DNA from: Squalus acanthias
Lineage: Eukaryota
Length of the DNA stretch: 64,000 nucleotides
Assembly: GCA_030390025.1 (NCBI GenBank)
Contig: CM059436.1
Location: 84,692,001-84,756,000 of the forward strand
Direction: 5' to 3'
Shown here: positions 12,901 to 25,525 of the stretch, in pieces
Position numbering within the stretch: the stretch's first letter is position 1
How the letters are laid out: each line of letters opens with the position of its first letter
The notes under the pieces: generated by a model
What the model was told of the DNA's origin: nothing
Database searches by the model: none
What the model saw: only the letters and a program-made list of their open reading frames with translations
Program-made: the position numbers and the translations under genes

Positions 12901-14737
12901 CAACACGACTAATAAAGCAACAAGCGTCTCTTCATCGCGAGGGGTGGAATTATTAAAGACTCATTCAGGAAAGGATAGTATTAATGGCGTTTTGCCGCGG
13001 CGATTACATAAACTTAGTGCGCGGTGCTTACTTTGCCTGAAATACTTTTCTGAGACACAGTGGATAAAAGTAGGACAGCGGCTGGCTTCTATGTGGCGTT
13101 TTAAATGCCTGAACTTCTAATCATCTTTTAAAACGAAAACATGTTGTACTAGATGCCCGGTGATGAGGTTTGCGTTCAGTTATACCTTTCTAATGAAAAT
13201 GAATCCAAAAATGGCAAGTTCCAGGCTAAGCAGGGAATTAAGGGTTGGCTGTGCGGATCCCCCATTAACGCATGCTGGCTGTGACCCAGTTGGAATTTAT
13301 CATAATAATGACTATTAAAATTGTCAACCTTTTCCAAAATGCCCAGTTTCACTCCAATCTTTAAAAAAAATGCAAAAATATTATTACAAGCCTTTACAAA
13401 ACGCGCATCCATAAATCCGCGGTGGCTAAACTGATTTCTGCAGCACACTGTTATGGTTTGTATATGAGCGTCGGAATTACCAGTGCATTACAAAAACCAC
13501 TAAAAGAAAGGTTTCTGATATATCTGCGCTTTAAATTGATTGTAGCAGTTTGATAAAGCATTCGTTTAGAGGTAGCAATACAACACTCGGCTTACTGTCT
13601 CTAATACTGAATTGCTAAAACCCCTATCCCTCTTAAAGCCAATAAAATGTAGTTCAAGCATCAACACTGAATTCTGCTGTTGTCTAGGTTCACCTTTCCT
13701 AAGTTACCTTCCTCTGGCTCGCGCGTCCTTACAGATTTGCCGGGATAGCTTTGAACACGCAAAGTGATTAGAAATAGAATATATATTAAATAACATCTCA
13801 GCGGAATCACTGCTTTCAAAAATTGCATTGTTTGAAAAAAGCATAGGAAGGCATTGCGCAGCATTTATTTTAGTTAGAATTTGCTAAAATGTTGATGAAA
13901 CATTACAGCTGACTGATTTACGTGACTGTCAGAGCCTATATACTATTCTGTTTAAATTCCCCTTAATTCAGTCAAATCAAAATGGGGAGTTGCGGCCGAT
14001 CATCTTAGTATGATTTTATTTTCGATTTAGTCAGCTGGTGATTGGGAAGGATTAGTGTACTCTCTCTCTCCACAATCAAAACTCGTCTTGGTCCTTTCCC
14101 AATAGTTCTGAAGAAAACGGTTATATTTTGACAGCGATACAGGTGTGAAATAAAACAAGGGAAAAAAGGATGGCACTCGCTGTAATTATTTCGAATATGT
14201 TGGAAGAGGGGGGTGGAGTACAAATAAAACAGACCAAAATACTTACAACTTCAGGATCTGAATATTCCCCCATTCTTTCGACGCATCGGATTTACGTACT
14301 TTGGGCTTATTTGTAAGTAGCCCTCAGCTGCAACAAAATGATGCTTAAGATGCATAAATTAGGTAGTTACACAAAAGAGAGGAACCTTCATTCTACCTCT
14401 TTGACTATGCGCCCTGGCGCTTTTCCTTGGAGCGAATAGCTCTTTAAGCTAATATGTAGTATTGTATTCAGAGTCTGAGAGCAGGGCAGAAGACCAACTA
14501 ATAGGAGCCAACAAACTCCCAGTTTTCAAGAAAATTGGATACACATTAATGAGAAAACCTCAATTACTGTATGTGAAAGTTCGCCATTTCATGTTACTCA
14601 ATGGAACATCATGATGTGTGTTAATCAGATTTCTATCAAAGGTGTTGCATTAGAGCCCAGAAGCGCTCAAAAAGTATTTAATCAAGTTTCTCCTGGCATC
14701 ACGTTTATCTTAATATGGACCTACCTACATTTACCTC

Positions 14738-15008
14738 AATTATCTTGGTAAGGATGTCAAGCACTATTGTTTGCTCGTTTAGACGGATGCTCCTCCCCCA
14801 GGACTCTGTCGTAAACCTGGCGCCTGGCTAAAACAAACCAAAGATAAGAGGAATCGGGGCTCGCCTCCTCCAAACCGATCAATCGGATCTCAGGCGGACT
14901 CCAAAACACCCTCTTACGTCGACATCCACAAGAGGAGCGAGAGAGGGAGAGCGAACACAGCACACGGGTTGATCCTCTCAACAATTTTACCTGCTCCGTC
15001 GCTGAACC
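14738..15008 (+). promoter_or_regulatory. NKX2-4 proximal promoter / 5' UTR
   Basis: CpG-rich sequence directly upstream of the ATG. Contains forkhead/SOX-like TATTGTTTG (14765-14773) and TAAAACAAAC (14829-14838). Motif order resembles my recollection of the NKX2-1 proximal promoter. Confidence 0.6.
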
Positions 15009-15381
15009 ATGTCGTTGAGCCCAAAGCACACAACGCCTTTTTCAGTGACAGACATACTGAGCCCGATCGAGGAGACCTACAAGAAGTTTGGTGGCATCAT
15101 GGACGGCGCTGGCAACCTCGGACCTCCTCTGGGAGGTTACCGTCAACCTCAGGTCTCCCAGGCCGGCATGCAGCAGCACACCATGGGTCACAACGCCACC
15201 GTGGCGACCACCTACCACATGCCACACGGCGTGTCCCAGTTTTCTCACAGTGCCATGGGAGGCTACTGTAACGGGAGTATTGGCAACATGGGGGATCTCC
15301 CTTCTTACCAGGACACCATGAGGAATAGCGCCGCAGCGACCGGCTGGTACGGGACTAATCCGGATCCCAGATACTCAACAA
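15009..15381 (+). CDS. NKX2-4: NK2 homeobox 4, coding exon 1 (TN/eh1 domain)
   Basis: Starts [30 protein letters not shown] and PIEETYKKF are NKX2-4-type residues (NKX2-1 has MSM and PLEESYKKV). Continues through GGYCNG...[13 protein letters not shown] and ends at a phase-1 donor A|GTAAGA (GT at 15382). Confidence 0.95.
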
Positions 15382-15624
15382 GTAAGATTCGTTCAAAGAT
15401 AAGTGTTTGAATGCAACAGTGATTTTATACGTAGCTCCGTGGCAGAGTTTTCAAAATAGATAAAAACTGTATAATGAACTTGACTGATATAGATGCACAT
15501 TGGAGATACTTCAGTGCAATTCATTTCAGTGTCTATGGCCAATAAACTTACAATTGCTTCACTATAATAAGAAAAACTGAGCAGATGTACGGGCATATTT
15601 ACAAAAGAACAATCAAACTGTTAA

Positions 15625-15852
15625 CTTGAGTGGTTAGGATTGGATGCACTGCCTGATAGGGCGGTGGAAACAGATTCAATAGTAGCCTTCAAAAAGGAAC
15701 TGGATAAATACTTGAAGGAGAAAAAATTGCAGGGATATGGGGAGAGAGCGGGGGAGTGGGACTGACTGGATTGCTCTTCGAAAGAGCGGTGCAGACTCGA
15801 TGGGCCGAATGGCCTCCTTCTGTGCTGTACTATTCTATGATTCTATGATTCT
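15625..15852 (+). mobile_element. CR1 3'-end fragment in the NKX2-4 intron
   Basis: Encodes W.ALP...FKKELDKYLKEKKLQGYG, has the 3' UTR motif GGGCCGAATGGCCTCCTTCTG and an (ATTCTATG)n tail. Same subfamily as 33370-33998. Confidence 0.9.
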
Positions 15853-16279
15853 AACTGTCAAGAAACGCACTGTGGCCATGGGCTGATATTGAGCAGGTCA
15901 GGGCCTATGGAGAATAATTTTATAATTGGAGAAAGAGTAGCTTTTTTGCCCTTTGTGCTTTGATAAGAATTATACAATGTTTGTTAATACTGAGCTATAG
16001 ATACTACTGAGAACTTGAACCTTCTTTGTCAATCGAATCAATTAACTTTTGTTTAATATAAATAATTATATTCGTTGCCCTGCGTTTCCTTATAATCTTA
16101 TATATGAGGAAAAAAACCTTTAGGAAATCGTCGCGTATTAATCTTGAGTAAATTACAATACGTTTCCTCACTGTTTTGCAATAGTGCCACATAACTTAAA
16201 TGATGACTCGTTTTCTGAGTAAAAATTTCTATCTTGCGGCATTTTTAATCAGAACATTTTCATTCAAACGTTTGTTTAG

Positions 16280-16944
16280 TTTCCCGCTTCATGGGAACGT
16301 CGTCAGGAATGAATATGACAGGGATGGGGACTTTAACTGGAATGGCAGACGCCGCCAAACCCATGGCACCTTTACATGCTACACCGAGGAGGAAAAGAAG
16401 GGTACTGTTCTCCCAGGCCCAAGTATACGAATTGGAACGACGCTTCAAACAGCAGAAGTACCTGTCTGCTCCCGAAAGGGAACATCTAGCCAGCATGATC
16501 CACCTCACGCCAACACAAGTAAAGATCTGGTTTCAAAACCATCGCTACAAGATGAAACGCCAGGCCAAGGACAAGGCTACACAGCAGATGCAGCAGGAGA
16601 ACAACCTGTGCCAACAGCAACAGTCTCCCAGGAGGGTGGCCGTGCCAGTCCTTGTGAAAGACGGTAAACCCTGTCAGAATGGCTCGAGCACCCCTACGCC
16701 CAGCCAACAAGCACAGCAGCAACAAGGTGCAAACGGGATCCTTCCCGTCGCTAGCACTGCCATCGCCCAACAGCAGAATCAACAAGTGAATGCACTAGCT
16801 CAGGCTCAAGATCTAGGCCAAGTGTCGCCAAATGCGTCTTCTCTGCACAATTCGGTCACTAACATGTCTCAAATGGACACAGCTACTGCAGACTACACGG
16901 GGAGTATGGTAAATCCTAGCCTGCTGTACGGCAGGACCTGGTAG
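16280..16944 (+). CDS. NKX2-4: NK2 homeobox 4, coding exon 2 (homeodomain 16387-16566, NK2-specific domain 16624-16674)
   Basis: Acceptor TTTGTTTAG|TT restores the frame (ISRFMG). Homeodomain [20 protein letters not shown]...WFQNHRYK has the NK2 Tyr54. NK2-[19 protein letters not shown] and C-terminal LLYGRTW* are present. Spliced CDS is 1038 nt = 345 aa. Adjacent to XRN2 as in mammals. Confidence 0.95.
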
Positions 16945-17759
16945 AACCTCTACCATATAAAATTAACAACTGGAGATATGTGAGACATTGCTTAAAATGT
17001 TTGAACTAGCAAACTTTGCAACACATACCCAGAACTTTACTTCTCGGATTTTTGGACGTGTTCCTGGACTCTGAGGACAAATTGACATGCAACACAATGT
17101 TAACTGGACCCTCTTAGCCGTTGGAGACTGACTCGGAACACGCTGTAAAAAAAAATACCGGTTAAATGAAAAGATATCTGTGACCTTTTGGATTGCTTAG
17201 ACCGTCGTGTAATTGTAGTTACAAGTTGTTGAAATGGATTGTGAATGCTGTTCCAAATTCGGGTGAGCTGGCTTCGAAGAGCCAGCTGGACTACAGGTAT
17301 AACATTAAGAATGACATACACCCACTTGGCAGTGTCCCAACAGTATTCCACTAGAAACAATAATACATTTGAGAATTTGTAACGAATTAGCTGTACATTC
17401 TTGTAAATTCATCTCTGGATTGTGCAGTCAGTTCAATGTAGTAGTTTCATGATTCAAGACTGAATATAGACCCTGTATTTTGATGCCGGTAACATTTTGA
17501 GTTTCTTCTGAGTTTGGTTAATTTAAAAAAAAGGAACAGGCATCTGATGTAAAACTGTCTTTTTTTTAAACATTCATCGTTAACGCCGACAAATCGCTTC
17601 AAGTATAAATACATGCCCCAGATTTAATGAATGTGCTTGAGAGCGATTTCATTACGATTTTATTGAAAGCAGATTGAACTGTAATTTAAGGTAGGTGTGA
17701 TATGGCAACAATAACCGACATAAAGATAATGTTAGTGTGTAATCTGGGGGGAAACAAGG

Positions 17760-17765
17760 AATAAA
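17760..17765 (+). terminator. Candidate NKX2-4 polyadenylation signal
   Basis: AATAAA about 0.8 kb downstream of the stop codon. Usage is not demonstrated. Confidence 0.3.
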
Positions 17766-20700
17766 TAGCATGAAAGGAAAAGAATCTTTTGCAATAATTT
17801 GCCTCCATTGTCGCCATTACTGTTAGAACCAGTAAAAAAAAAGCTGTAAGCGGTTATCACTCTTCAACTTGGCGTGCTATTTTATCTGTGAGCAGAATGA
17901 ATGTACACGCTTGATAGTACGTTCGCGTTTACCACCCAGATCATTTCTAAGTTTATATTTCTAAGCTTACATCGGCTTTAACTGTCACACTTGGCGACCC
18001 GGACCTGGCTGATATCAGTAACAAGCCAAATAGGTCTCCTAAGTAAAATTCATAACAGAAGGACTGACCTGCCTTTATTGTCAACGAGCTCTAATGTGAT
18101 TTTGAAGCGACTTTTATTGGGTATTTTAAAACATACGCCTGGCGTTGGGATGGCAGTATATCGCAGGTTTACCGTGAAACTGTTTACAATTGAGAAAAAT
18201 AATAAATTTTAGAGAGTTGATATTGTTTATTTGTTTAAGTTAAAAGTGGGAAATAGACACCCAAGAAAATAAGGATGGCTTCGTTTGATTGTTTTGTTAT
18301 TTATAATTCAGCAAGCTTTTTAAAAGACTGATGTAAAAACTACACTTTATGAACATTGTTCTCATCGTGTTGTTGGTTGGCTGTTGTAGTTGCTATCTAT
18401 TTCAATGGGGAATTTCAAATAATTTGAAGTCTTGTTATTATTTATTATAATCGATTTTTTATCCATTTAAGATATCAAACGTATTATTGGTCAAATGCAT
18501 ACTCTCGCACAATTGTTATAAATCAAAATGCAAATCCTTTTATTAAAGACACTACTATATCAGTTGTAAAATAAACTAGATTGAAATCGCTAAATGCACA
18601 TACACGATGATTTCACGTCGAAAATGTATTGCAATATCTAACTGAATACAAAATTGTTGGAATGTTGCTCCCATTTTACTCCATTGATGAAATCCATTGC
18701 TATTTCAAAGCGAAAACTGCAACGAATCGATGCGCCGGAATCATGGTCATTCCCCGGGACTGACATTTGATTAAAGTATGAATTGGGGGTGGTGGGGGGG
18801 GTGAAAGCAGCTTTTTCATCGCGCTATGTAATTGAGAATGCCGGCGTTCCTTACTAATATGCATGCATTCATTGGTATTGTAGCCTACCACGCGTTTCTT
18901 CGTCTGGCAGTCGGGAGTGTACATTCCAGTTTCCACAGGGGACTAGATATGACTACAGAAGTGAGTGCTGTCTCTTTAGATTCAACAAGGGGGCTCAATA
19001 ATAACATCTCTGTTGACCTGCTTGTTCTGTAAACCTTCGGCAGCCTCTTTCATTGGGCTCAGCCTATGGCTCTGAAGCTGAGCTCGTTCGGGCTTGTTCA
19101 CAAAGCTGATAGATGATAGGTGTTAAAGGGAGGGGGGGGGGGGAACCATTTACTGCTGAAAAAAAGCATGAACGCGTTTGGAACAGAAATTGAAGTGAAT
19201 CGAGTCTATTTACTTTGCACCAAAATAATCGCGCAATATTTTTTCTACGTAATAAATCACAAGTTTGTATTTTTCCGAGCTGACACAAAAATGCTTTCTG
19301 TCAGGTAAAAAAAAATTGACCAAAAAGTACCGCCCAATGCATTGTCTCCCTAAGCAAGTGTCATTGTCATTTATGTCGAACGGTGTTCTTCATCTCGGTT
19401 CGAGATCATTTCATTACAGCGTAAGCCGCCGTTAATTGTTCACTTATATTAAATTATTTATAGACGAGTTCGAGAGAAAAGGCACTCGCCAATTTTGGGG
19501 GGCCGTTCAGTTCCTGGCTCCAGGGAGCGATACGCGGTGTAACACACAACAACTCAGCCCGTTCGTTCCATTAATGCTGTTCAACTCCAACTGTCTGTTC
19601 AAGTGGGGAAATGTCCTCATAATCCAAGCAATTCTATACCGGCTAATCCTTTTCTAGAATTAGATATTTGAGTCAATTCGGTGTTCTTTTAATAGTTTTG
19701 TGCAATACTTAAAGCTTTGGTTTACAGAAACATTAAAATAAGATGATTTTCCTGAATGCACGGCCTCTTCAAAGTTTTTTTTGTTCCTACTAGTTATATT
19801 TTTTATTGCTTGTGTTGTGCGTGGCCGCTTCTGACTCTTGAAAGATAAACTTTTTCTGCAAATCTCGAATGTATCAACTTATTGTAGTTTGATATACTTT
19901 TTTTTAAAAAACGCCCGCTTTTAAACACACCTCGTAGGTTTGGAAGAGCGACCCTTACTTAAAGGGAACGGGGATTCGAGTTTCCAACTCGACCTAATAT
20001 ACATTCAAATTAGATTTCCAAATGCTTTTGTGTCTGAAGACAAAATGGAAAGCACCGCTCCTTAACCTTTACATCGGCGCAGAGGTGTCAAGGGAGCAAT
20101 CCTCCGGCACGTTCAGCTTCCGATAGATCATTCATTTTTATATATGTATATGTTCCTGTTATATTATTTGTTTTGTCAAAGGTACGTATTTCTGTACAGT
20201 TATTTGGACTTGGTATTTCTGTGTTGCTCGGGCTCCAGTCGCGTCTTTTAGTCAACCAAAGGCTATGGCGTAAAATGCGTTTCAAATGTATTGAAAGCGC
20301 TGCACTCGACCATTTCTAAAGGAGATGTCGAATCACCATTAATGGACTCTGCAAGGGGCCAGGTTTCCTGGTGCAGGGGTGCAGGTTTCAGGTAATGGAT
20401 AGGGGAAGCTAATAGAGTTAACCATCGATTCCCACCGCCTCCAACCTCCTTTTAAATAAATTACAAATGATTTCATCGTGGCGAGCCAGTATTTGTAAAA
20501 TAACCCGATGTTCTGCTGCTCCCATTTTGTTTGATTTATGAAAACAAAGTTTTTAGGTAGTATTCAATCAACAGGGGCACTTCTGTACTTGATTTTGATT
20601 TCCTATTTTTGAAAAAACAATATCAGTTCAATCGTCTTGCATTAAATCTTGGGAGAAAGAAGCTGGCATGTGTAATCGTATTTATTTGATGGTAAATGAT

Positions 20701-21461
20701 GTAGTTGAATTATATTTCAAAATATATTGCTTCATATTTTAAGTCCCACACATAATTATTCCTGAGGGGAAAGGAAATATAGCCAAAAAACCTATGAAAT
20801 GCATTAAGGAAGATTTTTTCCCGGCTACCGACCAGAAATGATTACAAACGCACAATTGGAACACGACTTGCCATGGTCACGGGCATTCTAATACAACAGG
20901 CTGTGCACATCTATTGGAAATAAAACGTGGAAATATGCATGTAAGAGATCAAAAGTACCAACCAGCTAACGGGAGGTAAACCTGATTCGAACTGGTCCAG
21001 AAAAAAACCCAACCAACTTGCGCCAGGCTGGACTTTTAATACAGTGCAGCGGAGTTATTTCAAACCAAATAAATGACCTCAGAAGCAAAGTGGCGAGACA
21101 TGTTTGGTTTCTGTGTTTGGAAATGGCTGGAGCTCTCTGTAGAGCAGATGGAACCATGATAGGGTAGAGAACATGACAGCTCCGAAGCTGAATAACTGGA
21201 GAAATGCTTCAGCAAACGTGACCCGGGCTTTCAGGTATTAACCCTTTCCATCTCATCCAAAATTTAGAATTCAGGAACACGATTCGAAGCACACTTTATG
21301 CCAAAGTAATAGGAAATATGTTGATCATAGAAAGGCTTTACCAGTGCACTCCAACCTGTCTTGTGGGTCACGATTGTAAAATATTGCACAGAAATATGCA
21401 TAACCAAAATCCGAGGGAATCCACATGCGTCTCGCGATTCTGCATGATTTGAAAATGTTTA

Positions 21462-21515
21462 TTATCTATCTGCCCATCTATCTATATCTGCCTATCTGTC
21501 TATCTATCTATCTAA
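21462..21515. repeat. Imperfect (TCTA)n microsatellite
   Basis: Direct reading. Confidence 0.8.
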
Positions 21516-24500
21516 TCTCTTTGTCCATGGCTATAATGCACACATTTGCGGAATGGTCTGGTTAAAAGCGTTCAGAGAAACTAAATTGCAAGTGCCATTT
21601 CTTAATGACATTTCCATACCAGCAATACACCAATAAAATACAGGACTAAACTAACACAACAGCTCCGTATTGAACAACAAACGGCACATTCTCCACGAAT
21701 TCGGTAGGATGCTTATGTTATTAGTATGGGAGTGATGTTCATGATAAGGAACTATCTGGTGAGGACAACCAGGTGAAGGGTCATCAGTTATTTTAACCGG
21801 GTGAAAATTCTAGGCCCTTCAGGACAACAATAATATCGAACTTTGCCAAGTTTGGGTTTCCCCTGTCTCATTTTCTTCCAAATTTGCAATATCCAATGGA
21901 TTACAATGGCATGAGATTTGGAATGAATAGAAATATACATTGAAATAAAACTGAAAACACTGTTGGATTTATAAAGCAAATGACAGCATGAAGTCCAGTG
22001 CATCGGTTCAGTACTTTCCTTCTTGCCACTGTCTGTTGATAATGCAGAATGTAAAACATTAATGATAGAATCGGAATATTTCTTATTTATAAAGGGGGTT
22101 GTTGATACACAATACGTTGTAAGTAGATTACATATGGGTTAGGTGGGTTTAAGAAAACGATTGATATTATTATGCATTACTTAAAAAATCTCTGTGAAGT
22201 TGTAGGAAACTATACTAAAGTTAGTGATTGTAATGAAAAGAGGTGTTAACACGTCGAGAAGTTATTAATAATGTGGTAAGCAAGGAGTGGACTGGCATGA
22301 CCCGCGTATCCCACATGGAGGGACCGCGGCCGTATTCTCTAGTCTTGGACCTCCCTGTGTCGGACGACATTGCCATTCTCAACTGTGCAAAGTAACTTGA
22401 CTTGACTTCCTTCGGGTCAATAGCTGACATCTGGAACTTTATTTTCCTAACCAAAAATGTAGGATTTCTTTTACCAAAACCGTTTTCACAATACTAAAAA
22501 AAATCAGAGTTTCCATTAAAATTGGTATAACATTACTCGGGGTTCTCTTACTGTAAGCCGAACACCAATTTCAACCACCGTGTTTAGACAAGATACTTGA
22601 AATTTCCCATTAAGATCCCTTACAGATTCTCCTCGGATGTGAACCATCTCTAATATCGTTATTTCCTGTGGGAAAGTAAAACCTAGGCCCATGTTAAAAA
22701 GCTAACAGTTTGGAGCAAAAAGCTAACCAGTTTTCCTCCTCATTTCCGAAGGTGTGATGGGTTTTCCAGTAACGAGTACCACTCAGACAATCTCATTTCA
22801 AGAAATCTAATAACTTGTATAATGTGAACTCCTTCTGAAGGATAAAATAGTTCTATACTGCCGCTGGTCTTTGCTCTTTACAACAGGAAAAAGGAGGAAT
22901 CACCTAATTGTTATCTGATGTGAATGGACATCCTCTCCTGCCCAGAATCCCTATCTCCGATGGAACCATATTGTCTGCACCCAGTCCATTTTAACAGTCA
23001 TCGATATCAGCAAGAAGCTAAACATGAACTGGCACACTTACCACAACATAGGCACAGCTTATGATGGAGATGGTGTTACATCTAGGCAGCTCTTCTGGGC
23101 TCAGTTTCGGGTTCCCCGCCCCCCGCCGCCAGTGTTCTCAAGTATTCAACACATAAATGTGTTAGCTGTCCAGTGTTATTAAATAATAATCCAGATGATG
23201 GAATATACACCGTTTCTTGAAGCCGCCAAGCAATTCTTAGATAACTCAGTTCTGGGAGAGTGATATTTACTGGTTTTGTACTTTTTATACAAGGGTCATT
23301 AACATCAATTTTACAGATTTAAAGTATATAACTCTTAGCTCACACCGTTCAGCGATTACATCTTGTTTTAAATCAAAGACTTGATTGGCACACAGTAATA
23401 ATTGCTTTGGATGTTTCGCCTTCTTTCCCTTAAAGAAATAAAGAAGACATGTTTATCCTAATGGTATCTAAAGGCGTGTTCTTCTGAGTGTAAAGTGGAA
23501 GTATAAAACTACTGGACCTGTTTAAAAAAATAATGTCAGCAGAACGGTATAGAGGCGCTGAGTGAGAACATGAACTCAGAAACTGATATTGGGTAATCGA
23601 AAGCTTTAACAGTAACTGACAAGGCTTTACTCTCAAATACATTTCACAGCAACCCGACGCATAACTTTAATATTTGCACTCTTCTACATACTGCAAATGT
23701 ATTTCGTTGTAACGTTGCTATGAATAGTACCAAAACATGGTTTATCCAGAATACCCACTTTCTATGAACTGCTCTGAATGGTTTCCACCCCAATTCCTTG
23801 TTAATGAAGATTAAAGTGTGTTCGGGTTAATTGTATTCAAACCCAAACAATCAGCAATAATTTTATTCTCTGCTATTATCCACATTGTTAAAAGCGTCGC
23901 ACTTGTTACTTCAAAAGGTATCAGTACAGCCCAAACGTGACAGGTCTATTTTGTTGTCCAGCAGTGAAGTGCCATATGACCCCGCCTCACGCCCATTCAG
24001 TATTGCAATAATAGTTAAACGGCTGCTATTTTTCCTTTAATAAACTTTATTTAGAGATTCACATTATTTTTGAAAGCTGGCATAAGATAAATGATCAAAA
24101 ATGTACATTTGGGAACAGATACTGCAGCAATTGAACCCTAAACCTCCGTATGGATTGACCACCTTTACAATGTTCTCGAAATATTCTCTGATTGCAAGTA
24201 CTATGTCTGATTTCCGGAATCGGTTGTACTGTATTACATGGGCTGAAGTTCTTCCTCTCTCACTCCTTTAATAAAAGCGTCGTCTTTCTAGGGCGGCCAA
24301 TAATAATTAAATAATCGATATAGTAACTGAGGCCTGCTTTCTCTGATTGTTTATTCACCGGCCAGGTAACAAAACGAACAATCGACAAGAGAGATTCGAG
24401 AGAAGGAACAAGCTTCAACCAGTTAGAGTAAAGAGGGGGCGGGAACCAAGATTTTCTTTGCTTCGAGCCAGTTCCCCAAAACCAATGGACATAGATATTA

Positions 24501-25480
24501 GAAAAATGCTTTCAAAAGCAGATTCATTCCGTGGTTCAGAACTTTTCAAAGTGACACGAAAGTAAATGTCCTTTATTTTGAGAACAGTTTGGACAGCCAC
24601 GTATCGCGGTAATCGCTATTTCCAATGACAATATAAATACCAGATTGCTCAAAGCTTTCTATACAATTCCCAATATTGTAAACTGGTAATTTAAATGGCC
24701 TTTAATAAAGATGAAATGTAAGGAAATGATTTGTGTATTTGCTGTCCATTCATGCAATGTTAGTAAGATAAATACTGCCTTAGCTCACACTGGGAACAAC
24801 ATATTTTGAATGTGAAGAAAGTAACAACTTGTATTTATATAGCCTTTGACTGAAATCTTCAGAATTATTATCGTTATTATCCACTTCTACTAAAGGCTGT
24901 AGGTATCGAATATGCCCCATCACCATTGATATTTGACTTTTATAAGCAGTGTTTATAACTGGATCGGTTTTCTCTCAAAACTTTATATTTTGTAAAAACA
25001 GTTGAGAGGTGAAAATTTATAAAACACAGGGATGGAGCAAAGCCCTTTTTTTGGGTCAGGTGTCGGACATGAATGGAAACCTATCATGTTTAAATGTCTC
25101 TACACAAAGCTAAGGACAAATCTACAGAGGTCGTTTCTGTTTTCCTAATGAGGAGCGCACATTGTCTCCCTGCGGAGAGATACTCTGAATCGAGAGAGCT
25201 TAGCCCTTGGACAGCGAGCCAGGTTGATTGGTTAATCATCAACAGTGCCATGGAGTACTCCTTCCTGCCTCGCTCAGGTATTGAATTATCAAATCTGCCA
25301 CAAAGGGTTAACTTAGTTCCAAACTTCCATCAGCAGACATATCATGGTGCCACAAGTACAGAACACAGTATACAAAAACACACCCAGGCAGATTAATTGT
25401 AATTGCAAATGTTACCCCCAGTGACAATAAACACTTAAACATTATAACTAGTTTGTCATTATTGATGTATTCAACAAAAC

Positions 25481-25486
25481 ATATAC

Positions 25487-25524
<38 letters not shown>
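25481..25524. repeat. (TA)n microsatellite
   Basis: Direct reading. Confidence 0.95.

Positions 25525-25525
<1 letters not shown>

Noticed and set aside
14757-16785. Overlapping alternative-frame and antisense ORFs over NKX2-4 (e.g. 14969-15271, 16200-16667, 16486-16785)
   Set aside because: These are shadows of a GC-richer coding region with no recognisable domains.
15009-16944. Calling the homeobox gene NKX2-1 (TTF-1)
   Set aside because: The N-terminal residues ([12 protein letters not shown]) and tail-to-tail linkage to XRN2 indicate NKX2-4.
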